Position numbers and translations under genes: made by a program. A stretch of 64,000 nt of DNA from Flavobacterium sp. BFFFF1 (lineage in GTDB: Bacteria; Bacteroidota; Bacteroidia; Flavobacteriales; Flavobacteriaceae). The stretch lies in assembly GCF_002256285.1 (NCBI RefSeq), contig NZ_NKJE01000011.1, positions 56,710 to 120,709 on the forward strand. Reading direction: 5' to 3'. This document shows positions 46,627 through 54,223 of this stretch, one piece after another (within the stretch, counting starts at the first letter, position 1; each line of letters begins with the position of its first letter). The notes under the pieces are model-generated. The model ran no database searches, was not told the origin of the DNA, and saw only the letters and a program-made list of their open reading frames with translations.

Positions 46627-47469
46627 ATGAAAAAATTAAAACTTTTTCTACTCACCAAGTCTATCGGAGGCTACATCAACTTCTTAAGCCTCGTCTATCC
46701 GAAAAAAGCACAACGACTGGCCTACCGCTTTTTCAGTGAACCGCGTACCGGAAAATTAAGCTCAGAAAATCTTCCGGAAGTATTGAAAAAAGCCAGAAAA
46801 AGAGAATTTCGTTTTGATAAATACACATTCCAAAGCTATTCGTGGCAAGGCAATGAGAACACCATCCTGCTCGTTCATGGCTGGGAAAGCAACGCTGCGC
46901 GCTGGGAAAAACTACTGAAATTCCTTCAAAAAACCGGCTGCACGGTGGTTGCGATTGATGCGCCGGCACATGGCATGACCAAGGAAAAGGAATTTAATGT
47001 CCCGCGATACGCCGAGTTCATTCGTGAGGCCGTCAGCGCATTCCAACCGAAAGCCATTATCGGCCATTCCATCGGCGGTGCTGCCACGATCTATCACCAG
47101 TATAAATTTCAGAACACTTCGATTAAAAAACTGGTGATTCTTGGTGCACCATCAGACTTACAGACCATCATCGATCAATACATTACCCTATTAAGCCTGA
47201 ACAAACGGTCTGTATCGCTCCTTGAAAATCACTTAATCGCCCATTTCAACATGTCTGTTTCGGAATTCTCAGCAACAACATTCGCAAAAACACTTGAAAT
47301 TGACGGATTGATTGTACACGATACCGGAGATGTTGTCGTCGCGTTTTCCGAGGCAGAGAAAATCGCCGGTTCCTGGAAAAACGCGCAGCTGATTGAGACT
47401 AAAGGACTGGGACACAGCCTGCACGATGACGCATTATACCAAAAGATTGTTGATTTTTTGGAAACATAA
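46627..47469 (+). CDS. Alpha/beta hydrolase
   Basis: LVHGWES, GHSIGG nucleophile elbow, HDTGD, GLGH. Start moved to MKKLK. Confidence 0.88.
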   Translation: MKKLKLFLLTKSIGGYINFLSLVYPKKAQRLAYRFFSEPRTGKLSSENLPEVLKKARKREFRFDKYTFQSYSWQGNENTILLVHGWESNAARWEKLLKFLQKTGCTVVAIDAPAHGMTKEKEFNVPRYAEFIREAVSAFQPKAIIGHSIGGAATIYHQYKFQNTSIKKLVILGAPSDLQTIIDQYITLLSLNKRSVSLLENHLIAHFNMSVSEFSATTFAKTLEIDGLIVHDTGDVVVAFSEAEKIAGSWKNAQLIETKGLGHSLHDDALYQKIVDFLET

Positions 47470-47527
47470 TCCCTTACGAGACAAGCTCGGTATCTTTCAT
47501 TTAAAGCTTTCGCTTTCAATTGGACAA

Positions 47528-47604
47528 TACTGTTTCTTTTTATTTGCATGTGGTCCATAAAAAAGATGCCGCACTCCCAAACCTTCAGGACCGCGTTAAG
47601 GATT
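47528..47604. repeat. Degenerate remnant(s) of the dispersed intergenic element
   Basis: CTTTTTAT...ATAAAAAAGATGCCGC core, plus CCGCGTTAAGGATT (47591-47604), an exact inverted match to 35191-35204. Confidence 0.4.
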
Positions 47605-47660
47605 TTGTGTTCGATCCGCAAACCGTTTCCAAATTAAAATCCCTTTACTACCTTTGTCGG

Positions 47661-48605
47661 ATGGAAGAAAACCTGAGACGCATCAATAAATTCATCGGCG
47701 AAACCGGATTTTGCTCGCGCCGTGAGGCCGACAAGCTGATTGAGGAAAAACGTGTAACCATTAATGGCGCGGTCGCTGAAATGGGTGCAAAAGTATCTTA
47801 CGACGACGAAATCCGCATTGATGGAAAGCTAATCCGGGAGAAAAACCAGAAACCGATTTACCTCGCCTTCAACAAACCCGTTGGCATTGAGTGTACGACG
47901 AATCTCGAAGTACGCGAAAATATCGTCGATTACATCAACTATCCTACACGCATATTTCCAATCGGAAGGCTCGACAAAGCGAGTGAAGGCCTGATTTTCA
48001 TGACCAATGACGGCGATATCGTCAATAAAATCCTGCGCGCACGCAACAACCACGAAAAAGAATATATCGTTACCGTAAACAAACCTATTACTGAACGTTT
48101 TGTGCAGCGTATGGGCAATGGTATCCCCATTCTGGACACCGTTACCCGGAAATGTCTCGTCGAAAAAATCGATAAATTTACGTTCCGGATTATCCTGACA
48201 CAAGGATTAAACCGCCAGATCCGCCGCATGTGCGAATACCTCGACTATGAAGTCATCACGTTAAAAAGGATACGGATCATCAACATTACACTTGATGTCC
48301 CCGTAGGACGTTACAGAGACCTCTCTGAGGCGGAAATAACAGAACTGAACCAATTGATTGAGCCTTCCAGCAAGACTGAAGAAGCGAGTTTACCTAAGTT
48401 CTTTGAGAAGAAAGAATCAAGAGACAATAACCAAAAGATAACGCCTACAGAACGCAAACCGATCATCATTAAAAAAACGGAAACCACGCAAAATGATAAT
48501 CAGCGGACCGTTTCAAATTCAAAATTTTCGCAGAAAAAACCGCTACCGAAAGTCGAATTTATAAAGAAAGACGACCCGAGATATAAAAAGAAAGACGATT
48601 ACTAG
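47661..48605 (+). CDS. rluF: 23S rRNA pseudouridine 2604 synthase
   Basis: S4 domain (CSRREAD), GRLDKASEG, QGLNRQIRRMC; basic C-terminal tail. Start moved to MEENL. Confidence 0.88.
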   Translation: MEENLRRINKFIGETGFCSRREADKLIEEKRVTINGAVAEMGAKVSYDDEIRIDGKLIREKNQKPIYLAFNKPVGIECTTNLEVRENIVDYINYPTRIFPIGRLDKASEGLIFMTNDGDIVNKILRARNNHEKEYIVTVNKPITERFVQRMGNGIPILDTVTRKCLVEKIDKFTFRIILTQGLNRQIRRMCEYLDYEVITLKRIRIINITLDVPVGRYRDLSEAEITELNQLIEPSSKTEEASLPKFFEKKESRDNNQKITPTERKPIIIKKTETTQNDNQRTVSNSKFSQKKPLPKVEFIKKDDPRYKKKDDY

Positions 48606-49486
48606 AATCTTGCGCGACGCTGTTCCCTGGCGAGAAGCGTGTTTTTTAACAACATCGCAATGGTCATTGGTCCTACACCACCTGGAACCGGTGTAATATG
48701 CGACACTTTTTTGCTGACGTTCTCAAAATCAACGTCACCAGTGATCACATATCCCTTTTCCGCAGTTTCATCGGCAACCCGCGTGATACCCACATCAATG
48801 ACTACGGCACCATCCTTCACCATTTCAGCTTTAAGGTAATTTGGCACTCCTAATGCCGTAATGATGATATCCGCCTGCGTGGTAATCTGAGCGATATTTT
48901 TGGTATAGCTGTGTGTTAGTGTAACCGTGGAATTACCAGGAAATCCCTTCCTGCCCATCAAAATACTCATTGGCCGCCCAACGATATGGCTTCTGCCAAT
49001 TACAACAGTATGTTTTCCTTTCGTTTCAACATTATACCGTTCCAATAACTCCAAAATTCCAAACGGTGTTGCCGGAATAAAAGTCGTCATGTCCAGCGCC
49101 ATTTTTCCGAAATTCTCGGGATGGAAGCCATCGACATCTTTGCTGGGATCAATAGCCATCAATACTTTTTGTGTATCAATCTGATCTGGCAAAGGCAACT
49201 GCACTATGAATCCATCGATAGCATCGTTTTCATTGAGTTCCTTGATTTTCTTCAACAATTCCGTTTCCGAGGTTGTGCTTGGCATGCGAACCATGGTCGA
49301 CTCAAATCCAACGCGTTCGCAGGCTTTTACCTTGCTCCCGACATAGGTGAGGCTGGCGCCATCGTTTCCAACGATTACGGCGGCCAGATGGGGCACCTTT
49401 TCACCGCGCGCTTTCATGCCATCTACCTCCAATGTAATTTCTTTCTTAATTTCTTCCGAAGTTTTTTTGCCGTCTAGTAGTATCAT
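48602..49486 (-). CDS. folD: Methylenetetrahydrofolate dehydrogenase/cyclohydrolase
   Basis: KDVDGFHP, GRSHIVGRP, PVPGGVGPMT. Confidence 0.97.
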   Translation of the reverse strand: MILLDGKKTSEEIKKEITLEVDGMKARGEKVPHLAAVIVGNDGASLTYVGSKVKACERVGFESTMVRMPSTTSETELLKKIKELNENDAIDGFIVQLPLPDQIDTQKVLMAIDPSKDVDGFHPENFGKMALDMTTFIPATPFGILELLERYNVETKGKHTVVIGRSHIVGRPMSILMGRKGFPGNSTVTLTHSYTKNIAQITTQADIIITALGVPNYLKAEMVKDGAVVIDVGITRVADETAEKGYVITGDVDFENVSKKVSHITPVPGGVGPMTIAMLLKNTLLAREQRRARF

Positions 49487-49571
49487 CTTGTATTCGTTGG
49501 TTGCTTTGGTCAGATTATTTGTAAAAAGATTTAGGGCCTAAAGTTCGCATTGAACCTTAAACCCTAACTCG

Positions 49572-50909
49572 TTATTTCATTCCTTTCATGCCGCCCATCA
49601 TTTTCATGAGGTTTTTACCTCCCGGGCCCTGCATCATTTTCATCATTTTGCTCATCTGGTCAAACTGTTTCATAAGCTGGTTGACCTCCTCAATCTTTCG
49701 TCCGGATCCTTTTGCAATCCTTGTTTTCCGCTTCATGTCGATGATGGCTGGCCGCTTTCTTTCTACCGGCGTCATTGAGTAAATTATGGCTTCAATATGC
49801 TTGAAAGCATCGTCTTCAATTTCAACATCTTTCATGGCCTTGGAAGCGCCGGGAATCATTCCCACGAGGTCTTTCATATTACCCATTTTCTTTACCTGCT
49901 GGATTTGGGTAAGGAAATCGTCAAAACCAAATTCATTCTTCGCGATTTTCTTTTGTAATTTTCTAGCTTCTTCTTCATTAAACTGCTCCTGTGCCCTTTC
50001 CACCAACGACACAACGTCACCCATTCCGAGAATCCGCTCTGCCATACGGCTGGGGTAAAACACGTCAATGGCTTCCATTTTTTCACCGGTACCGACAAAC
50101 TTGATTGGTTTATTCACTACCGATTTAATGGTCAATGCCGCCCCACCTCTGGTATCACCGTCAAGCTTAGTAAGGATGACGCCATCAAAATTCAATCGAT
50201 CGTTAAATGCTTTCGCAGTGTTCACCGCATCCTGTCCAGTCATCGAATCCACCACAAACAAAGTTTCCTGCGGATTTAAAGCCCGGTGCACATTGGCAAT
50301 CTCCGTCATCATCTCCTCATCAACAGCAAGACGACCTGCGGTATCGACAATCACAACATTGTATCCTTTTTCCTTTGCATACTTGACTGCATTCTGAGCA
50401 ATTTCTACAGGGTTGTTGTTGCCCAACTCGGAATATACTTCAACCCCAATTTGGTCTCCAACCACATGCAATTGGTTGATTGCCGCCGGACGATACACAT
50501 CACACGCGACCAAAAGCGGCTTTTTATTCTTTTTTGTCTTAAGATAATTCGCTAATTTTCCTGAAAAGGTCGTTTTACCTGAACCTTGTAGTCCTGACAT
50601 CAGGATTACTGTTGGCGCGCCCGATAGGTTAATTCCAGCAACATCGCCTCCCATCAATTCGGTCAGCTCGTCCTTAACAAGTTTTACGAGCAACTGTCCC
50701 GGTTGTAACGTTGTCAATACATCCTGGCCAATCGCTTTCTCTTTAACTGTAGTGGTAAAGTCTTTGGCAATTTTAAAGTTGACATCCGCATCAATCAGGG
50801 CGCGACGTACTTCTTTAAGGGTATCTGCAACGTTAATTTCCGTAATCTTTCCGTGTCCTTTCAGGATATGAAAAGCTTTATCGAGTTTCTCGCTTAAATT
50901 ATCAAACAT
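49572..50909 (-). CDS. ffh: Signal recognition particle protein
   Basis: GLQGSGKTT, DTAGR, TKLDGD, Met-rich M domain. Confidence 0.97.
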   Translation of the reverse strand: MFDNLSEKLDKAFHILKGHGKITEINVADTLKEVRRALIDADVNFKIAKDFTTTVKEKAIGQDVLTTLQPGQLLVKLVKDELTELMGGDVAGINLSGAPTVILMSGLQGSGKTTFSGKLANYLKTKKNKKPLLVACDVYRPAAINQLHVVGDQIGVEVYSELGNNNPVEIAQNAVKYAKEKGYNVVIVDTAGRLAVDEEMMTEIANVHRALNPQETLFVVDSMTGQDAVNTAKAFNDRLNFDGVILTKLDGDTRGGAALTIKSVVNKPIKFVGTGEKMEAIDVFYPSRMAERILGMGDVVSLVERAQEQFNEEEARKLQKKIAKNEFGFDDFLTQIQQVKKMGNMKDLVGMIPGASKAMKDVEIEDDAFKHIEAIIYSMTPVERKRPAIIDMKRKTRIAKGSGRKIEEVNQLMKQFDQMSKMMKMMQGPGGKNLMKMMGGMKGMK

Positions 50910-51040
50910 AATTTTATCATTAAAGGCGCAAAGATAGCGTAATCCTGTCGATCCTCAAAACAGCATGACCAACAAAAAAAACCGCTTCACACGTTTTTAT
51001 CGATTTAAAAACAACAGCTATGAAAATTGTCATAAAAAAC

Positions 51041-51070
51041 AAAAACCAGCCTTTAACCGAGGCTGGTTTT
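51041..51070. terminator. Intrinsic terminator downstream of the LamG gene
   Basis: AAAAACCAGCCT-TTAACCG-AGGCTGGTTTT. Confidence 0.8.
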
Positions 51071-51096
51071 CAAAACAAACCAAAAAATATAAACTA

Positions 51097-52497
51097 CTAA
51101 TTAACGCACGTATTGATGTCGCCTTCGAGTTCGAACAAAATCTGGACTTCAGCCGCACTGAGCAGCCTGCTGTACACCCTGATATCATCGAGCGAACCTT
51201 TAAAGTTCCTTCCAAAATAGTAATCAAACACCTGTGAATTGACAAACATACCCTGCGGCGTTTGCGATGCTCCTATGAAATTACCATCACGATACAATTT
51301 TATCTTGGATTGAACACTGCCTGTTTCTACCGTCGCCACGAGATGATGCCAGCCGGCATTATCAGCATCGACATTCCAGGAACCATCCCAAACATTATAA
51401 ATCTGCTGCAGATTCGTATAAAACAAGGGCCTGTTTAGGTCATAAACCGCGAGGCCAAAATCGTTCTGAGCGGCGGAAGTACCATCTGATTTTTCAAGCA
51501 AATGCTCAAAATCGGACGGGTTCGTGTTGTTCATCTTAAACCAAAGACTGAACGAAACCGGACCCTGCTCAATATTATTCCCTGTTGTCGACATTAACTT
51601 TAAATAGTCCAAAGGAGCACCAGAAAAAGACACTGCCCCGTGAGCATTTCCGTCACGATCCTCTGAAAAAACAGCAGGAAAATTGTCATTGCTCAAGGCG
51701 TATTGTCCGCTGATCAAATCCTTCGCCTCGTCCGCAATTGGCATATATATGATTAGGCTATCGGTCAGTATGCCGGGATTACCACAGGGAGTCTCCACCG
51801 GATTGCAAGTCTCTATCGCAGACTGCATCGCTGATAGGAACGCTGCATTATTCCCAATTTCTATTATATTTCCGCCAACAGTCACCTGCACCGGATAATC
51901 AATTGCATAATAATGATCCGCCTGCAGGCTGTCGAGAAAAGCAAGCAGCATACTGTCGTTGTCAAAAGTAAAAGTGTCAGCAACCTGAAAATTACTGTCG
52001 TAGCTAAAAACGGTTACCGGATACACAACCGAAAGGCACGGAATGGTGAGATTGGCTGGATTTCCTGCATCACATTCTGTTTTCCGCTGGTGCATTTCAT
52101 TGGCATCATTTACAACCAACTGACTCCCGTCATTATAGACAATCGTGACCGGAAACACCAAACTGAAATGATCCTCACCTTCAAATCCGGCGATTGTTGC
52201 CTTTAATTCACCCAATGACGCCGCATCCGTAACGTCGACAAAATAATTGACCACATTTTGTCCCTGCCCTGAAGCAATATTCACTGTAAAAGGCATTTTA
52301 ACGGAAAAGCACGAAGTACTGTCAATCACGTTATCCCCAGCAGTAGCTTCTGCAACACGCCGCAACAATGACGTCAGCTGCGAGTTGCTGCTCAGGTTCT
52401 GCGGGTTTTGCACCATTGCATTTTCATCCTCCTGGCACGCGATCGAAACTGCGGCAAAAGTTGAAATAAACAATATCCACGCAAAAATCCTTTTCAT
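51097..52497 (-). CDS. Lipoprotein with four short N-terminal repeats and a C-terminal LamG/concanavalin domain
   Basis: Lipobox SIAC-QEDE; SFSLWFK, WHHLVAT, LYRDG and GSLDDIRVYSR LamG motifs. Confidence 0.8.
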   Translation of the reverse strand: MKRIFAWILFISTFAAVSIACQEDENAMVQNPQNLSSNSQLTSLLRRVAEATAGDNVIDSTSCFSVKMPFTVNIASGQGQNVVNYFVDVTDAASLGELKATIAGFEGEDHFSLVFPVTIVYNDGSQLVVNDANEMHQRKTECDAGNPANLTIPCLSVVYPVTVFSYDSNFQVADTFTFDNDSMLLAFLDSLQADHYYAIDYPVQVTVGGNIIEIGNNAAFLSAMQSAIETCNPVETPCGNPGILTDSLIIYMPIADEAKDLISGQYALSNDNFPAVFSEDRDGNAHGAVSFSGAPLDYLKLMSTTGNNIEQGPVSFSLWFKMNNTNPSDFEHLLEKSDGTSAAQNDFGLAVYDLNRPLFYTNLQQIYNVWDGSWNVDADNAGWHHLVATVETGSVQSKIKLYRDGNFIGASQTPQGMFVNSQVFDYYFGRNFKGSLDDIRVYSRLLSAAEVQILFELEGDINTCVN

Positions 52498-52520
52498 TAG
52501 TACGCATTAATTATTCACCA

Positions 52521-52545
52521 AACAGTTTTACCCAAAAAAACCCTA
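52521..52545 (-). promoter_or_regulatory. Candidate ECF promoter TAGGG-N14-ACTGTT for the LamG gene
   Basis: Minus strand reads TAGGG TTTTTTTGGGTAAA ACTGTT, 23 nt upstream of the ATG. Confidence 0.55.
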
Positions 52546-52581
52546 CCATAAATATTTGGGATTATCAGCTTTCTTTTTTCA

Positions 52582-52663
52582 GGAGCTTATTCCGGCTGTA
52601 TGCTATATCTTTTTTTTCAAAAAAAATGAAAAAAAAGGATGCCGCTTTCATCCGGGCTACTGC
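52582..52663 (-). repeat. Dispersed intergenic element, copy 3 (Flavo-1-like)
   Basis: GGAGCTTATTCCGGCTGTATGCTATATCTTTT...AAAAGGATGCCGCTTTCATCCGGGCTACTGC; homologous to 21125-21217. Confidence 0.6.
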
Positions 52664-52734
52664 CTTCCCAAATTGAAAAATTTTCCGACAAGGAAAACCC
52701 AAGCGCAGAACGCTCAAAAAAACGCAATGAAAAT

Positions 52735-52759
52735 TAGGGTAAATCAAAATTGAACTGTT
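52735..52759 (+). promoter_or_regulatory. Candidate ECF autoregulatory promoter TAGGG-N14-ACTGTT
   Basis: TAGGG TAAATCAAAATTGA ACTGTT, 36 nt upstream of the sigma ATG; same boxes and spacing as the minus-strand copy. Confidence 0.55.
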
Positions 52760-52795
52760 ATATACCATATTTTTGCTTTTCAAAGTAATTATTAA

Positions 52796-53314
52796 ATGGA
52801 CGAAACTAAAACTGCCGGTGTTTGCGAGGAACGGATTTTTTCCGCTTTCTTCCGGTCAAATATCAAAGCAGTCAGGAATTATCTGTTTTACAAATACGGG
52901 AATGAAGAACACGCCAATGACATCGCGCAGGATGCTTTTATAAAGCTTTGGGAAAATTGCAGGTCCGTGCCTTTTGAAAAAGCGAAGGCTTATGTCTACA
53001 CGATTGCTAATAATGCGTCGCTTAATTTGGTAGCACACCAGAAGGTCGTTCTTAATTACTCCAAAAGTGCGGGCAAAAGCGGTATTTCTGAGGAAAGTCC
53101 GGACTATGTGATGGAGCATGATGAATTTGGTGAAAAGCTTAAGAAAGCCATTGCCAACCTCACCGATTCGCAACGGGAAGCATTCCTGCTGAATCGGATT
53201 GACGGAAAAAAATATTCCGAAATCGCCGAAATGCTCGGCATCGGCATAAAAGCTGTAGAAAAAAGAATCAGCGGCGCATTGGTATCGCTGAGAAAAGAAA
53301 TAGATAACATTTAG
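52796..53314 (+). CDS. ECF sigma-70 factor (FecI-like)
   Basis: DIAQDAFIKLW; AFLLNRIDGKKYSEIAEML. Confidence 0.92.
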   Translation: MDETKTAGVCEERIFSAFFRSNIKAVRNYLFYKYGNEEHANDIAQDAFIKLWENCRSVPFEKAKAYVYTIANNASLNLVAHQKVVLNYSKSAGKSGISEESPDYVMEHDEFGEKLKKAIANLTDSQREAFLLNRIDGKKYSEIAEMLGIGIKAVEKRISGALVSLRKEIDNI

Positions 53315-53317
53315 ATT

Positions 53318-54223
53318 ATGGAGCAGGAACACGATTTAGCCAAATGGCTGGCCGGTGAAATGACGGAACAGGAACGGATCGCTTTTGAGAAAACGCCCGA
53401 GTTCAGTTCGTATGAAAAAATCGCGCGTTATTCGCAACAGCTGGAAACGCCTGGATTTGATCAGGACATGATGTATCAAAACGTCATTGCCGCGAAAAAG
53501 CCTAAAGTAATTTCCCTAAAAAGAAGTCACTTATTCCTACGTGTGGCAGCGGTGCTGGTTGTTGGCCTTGGGATATGGTTTGCCATGCGTCAGTCCACAC
53601 CGGAGAAATTTTACGCAGATGCTGGAAAACAAACGGCTTTTGAGCTTCCGGATCACTCGGAAGTGATACTTAATGCAGGTTCTAATGCCGACTTTGACGG
53701 CGACGATTGGGCAGACCACCGCAAGCTGAATCTCAATGGCGAAGCATTTTTCAAAGTAGCTAAAGGAAAGAAATTCGACGTGATTACCACTGCCGGAACA
53801 GTGACTGTCGTAGGAACACAATTCAATGTCCGGTCCAGGGAAAATCGTTTTGAGGTTTCTTGTTTTGAAGGAAAAGTGCGCGTACAATGCGGCACAAATA
53901 CCATCCTGATCACCAAAGGACAAAAAGTTGCTTTTGAAGATGGAAATGCTGTTGCAGTTCCGGCGAACACTGCCGAAAGGCCGGAATGGATGGATGGAGA
54001 AATGGCTTTCGCATATGAAAAACTCGACGGTATTGCGGCTGAAATGGAGCGTCAGTACAACATCAAAATAAAAATCGATCCAGGAGTAAGTCAAAATCAG
54101 ACGTTCATCGGATTAATTCCATCCAACAGGTTGGACACCGCACTGGAAATTATCAGCAAAACTTTTGGGATTCACTATAAAAAGAACGGAAAATCAGAAA
54201 TAATCCTGGAAAGGAATGATTAA
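53318..54223 (+). CDS. FecR-family anti-sigma factor
   Basis: One TM, LPDHSEVILN, GEAFFKV, VVGTQFNV motifs. Confidence 0.92.
   Translation: MEQEHDLAKWLAGEMTEQERIAFEKTPEFSSYEKIARYSQQLETPGFDQDMMYQNVIAAKKPKVISLKRSHLFLRVAAVLVVGLGIWFAMRQSTPEKFYADAGKQTAFELPDHSEVILNAGSNADFDGDDWADHRKLNLNGEAFFKVAKGKKFDVITTAGTVTVVGTQFNVRSRENRFEVSCFEGKVRVQCGTNTILITKGQKVAFEDGNAVAVPANTAERPEWMDGEMAFAYEKLDGIAAEMERQYNIKIKIDPGVSQNQTFIGLIPSNRLDTALEIISKTFGIHYKKNGKSEIILERND

Noticed and set aside
47520-47660. Upstream extensions of rluF and similar ORF-track starts (gap, rmuC, hydrolase, kinase)
   Set aside because: They translate through promoter boxes, terminators or repeats. Downstream ATGs match the family N-termini.
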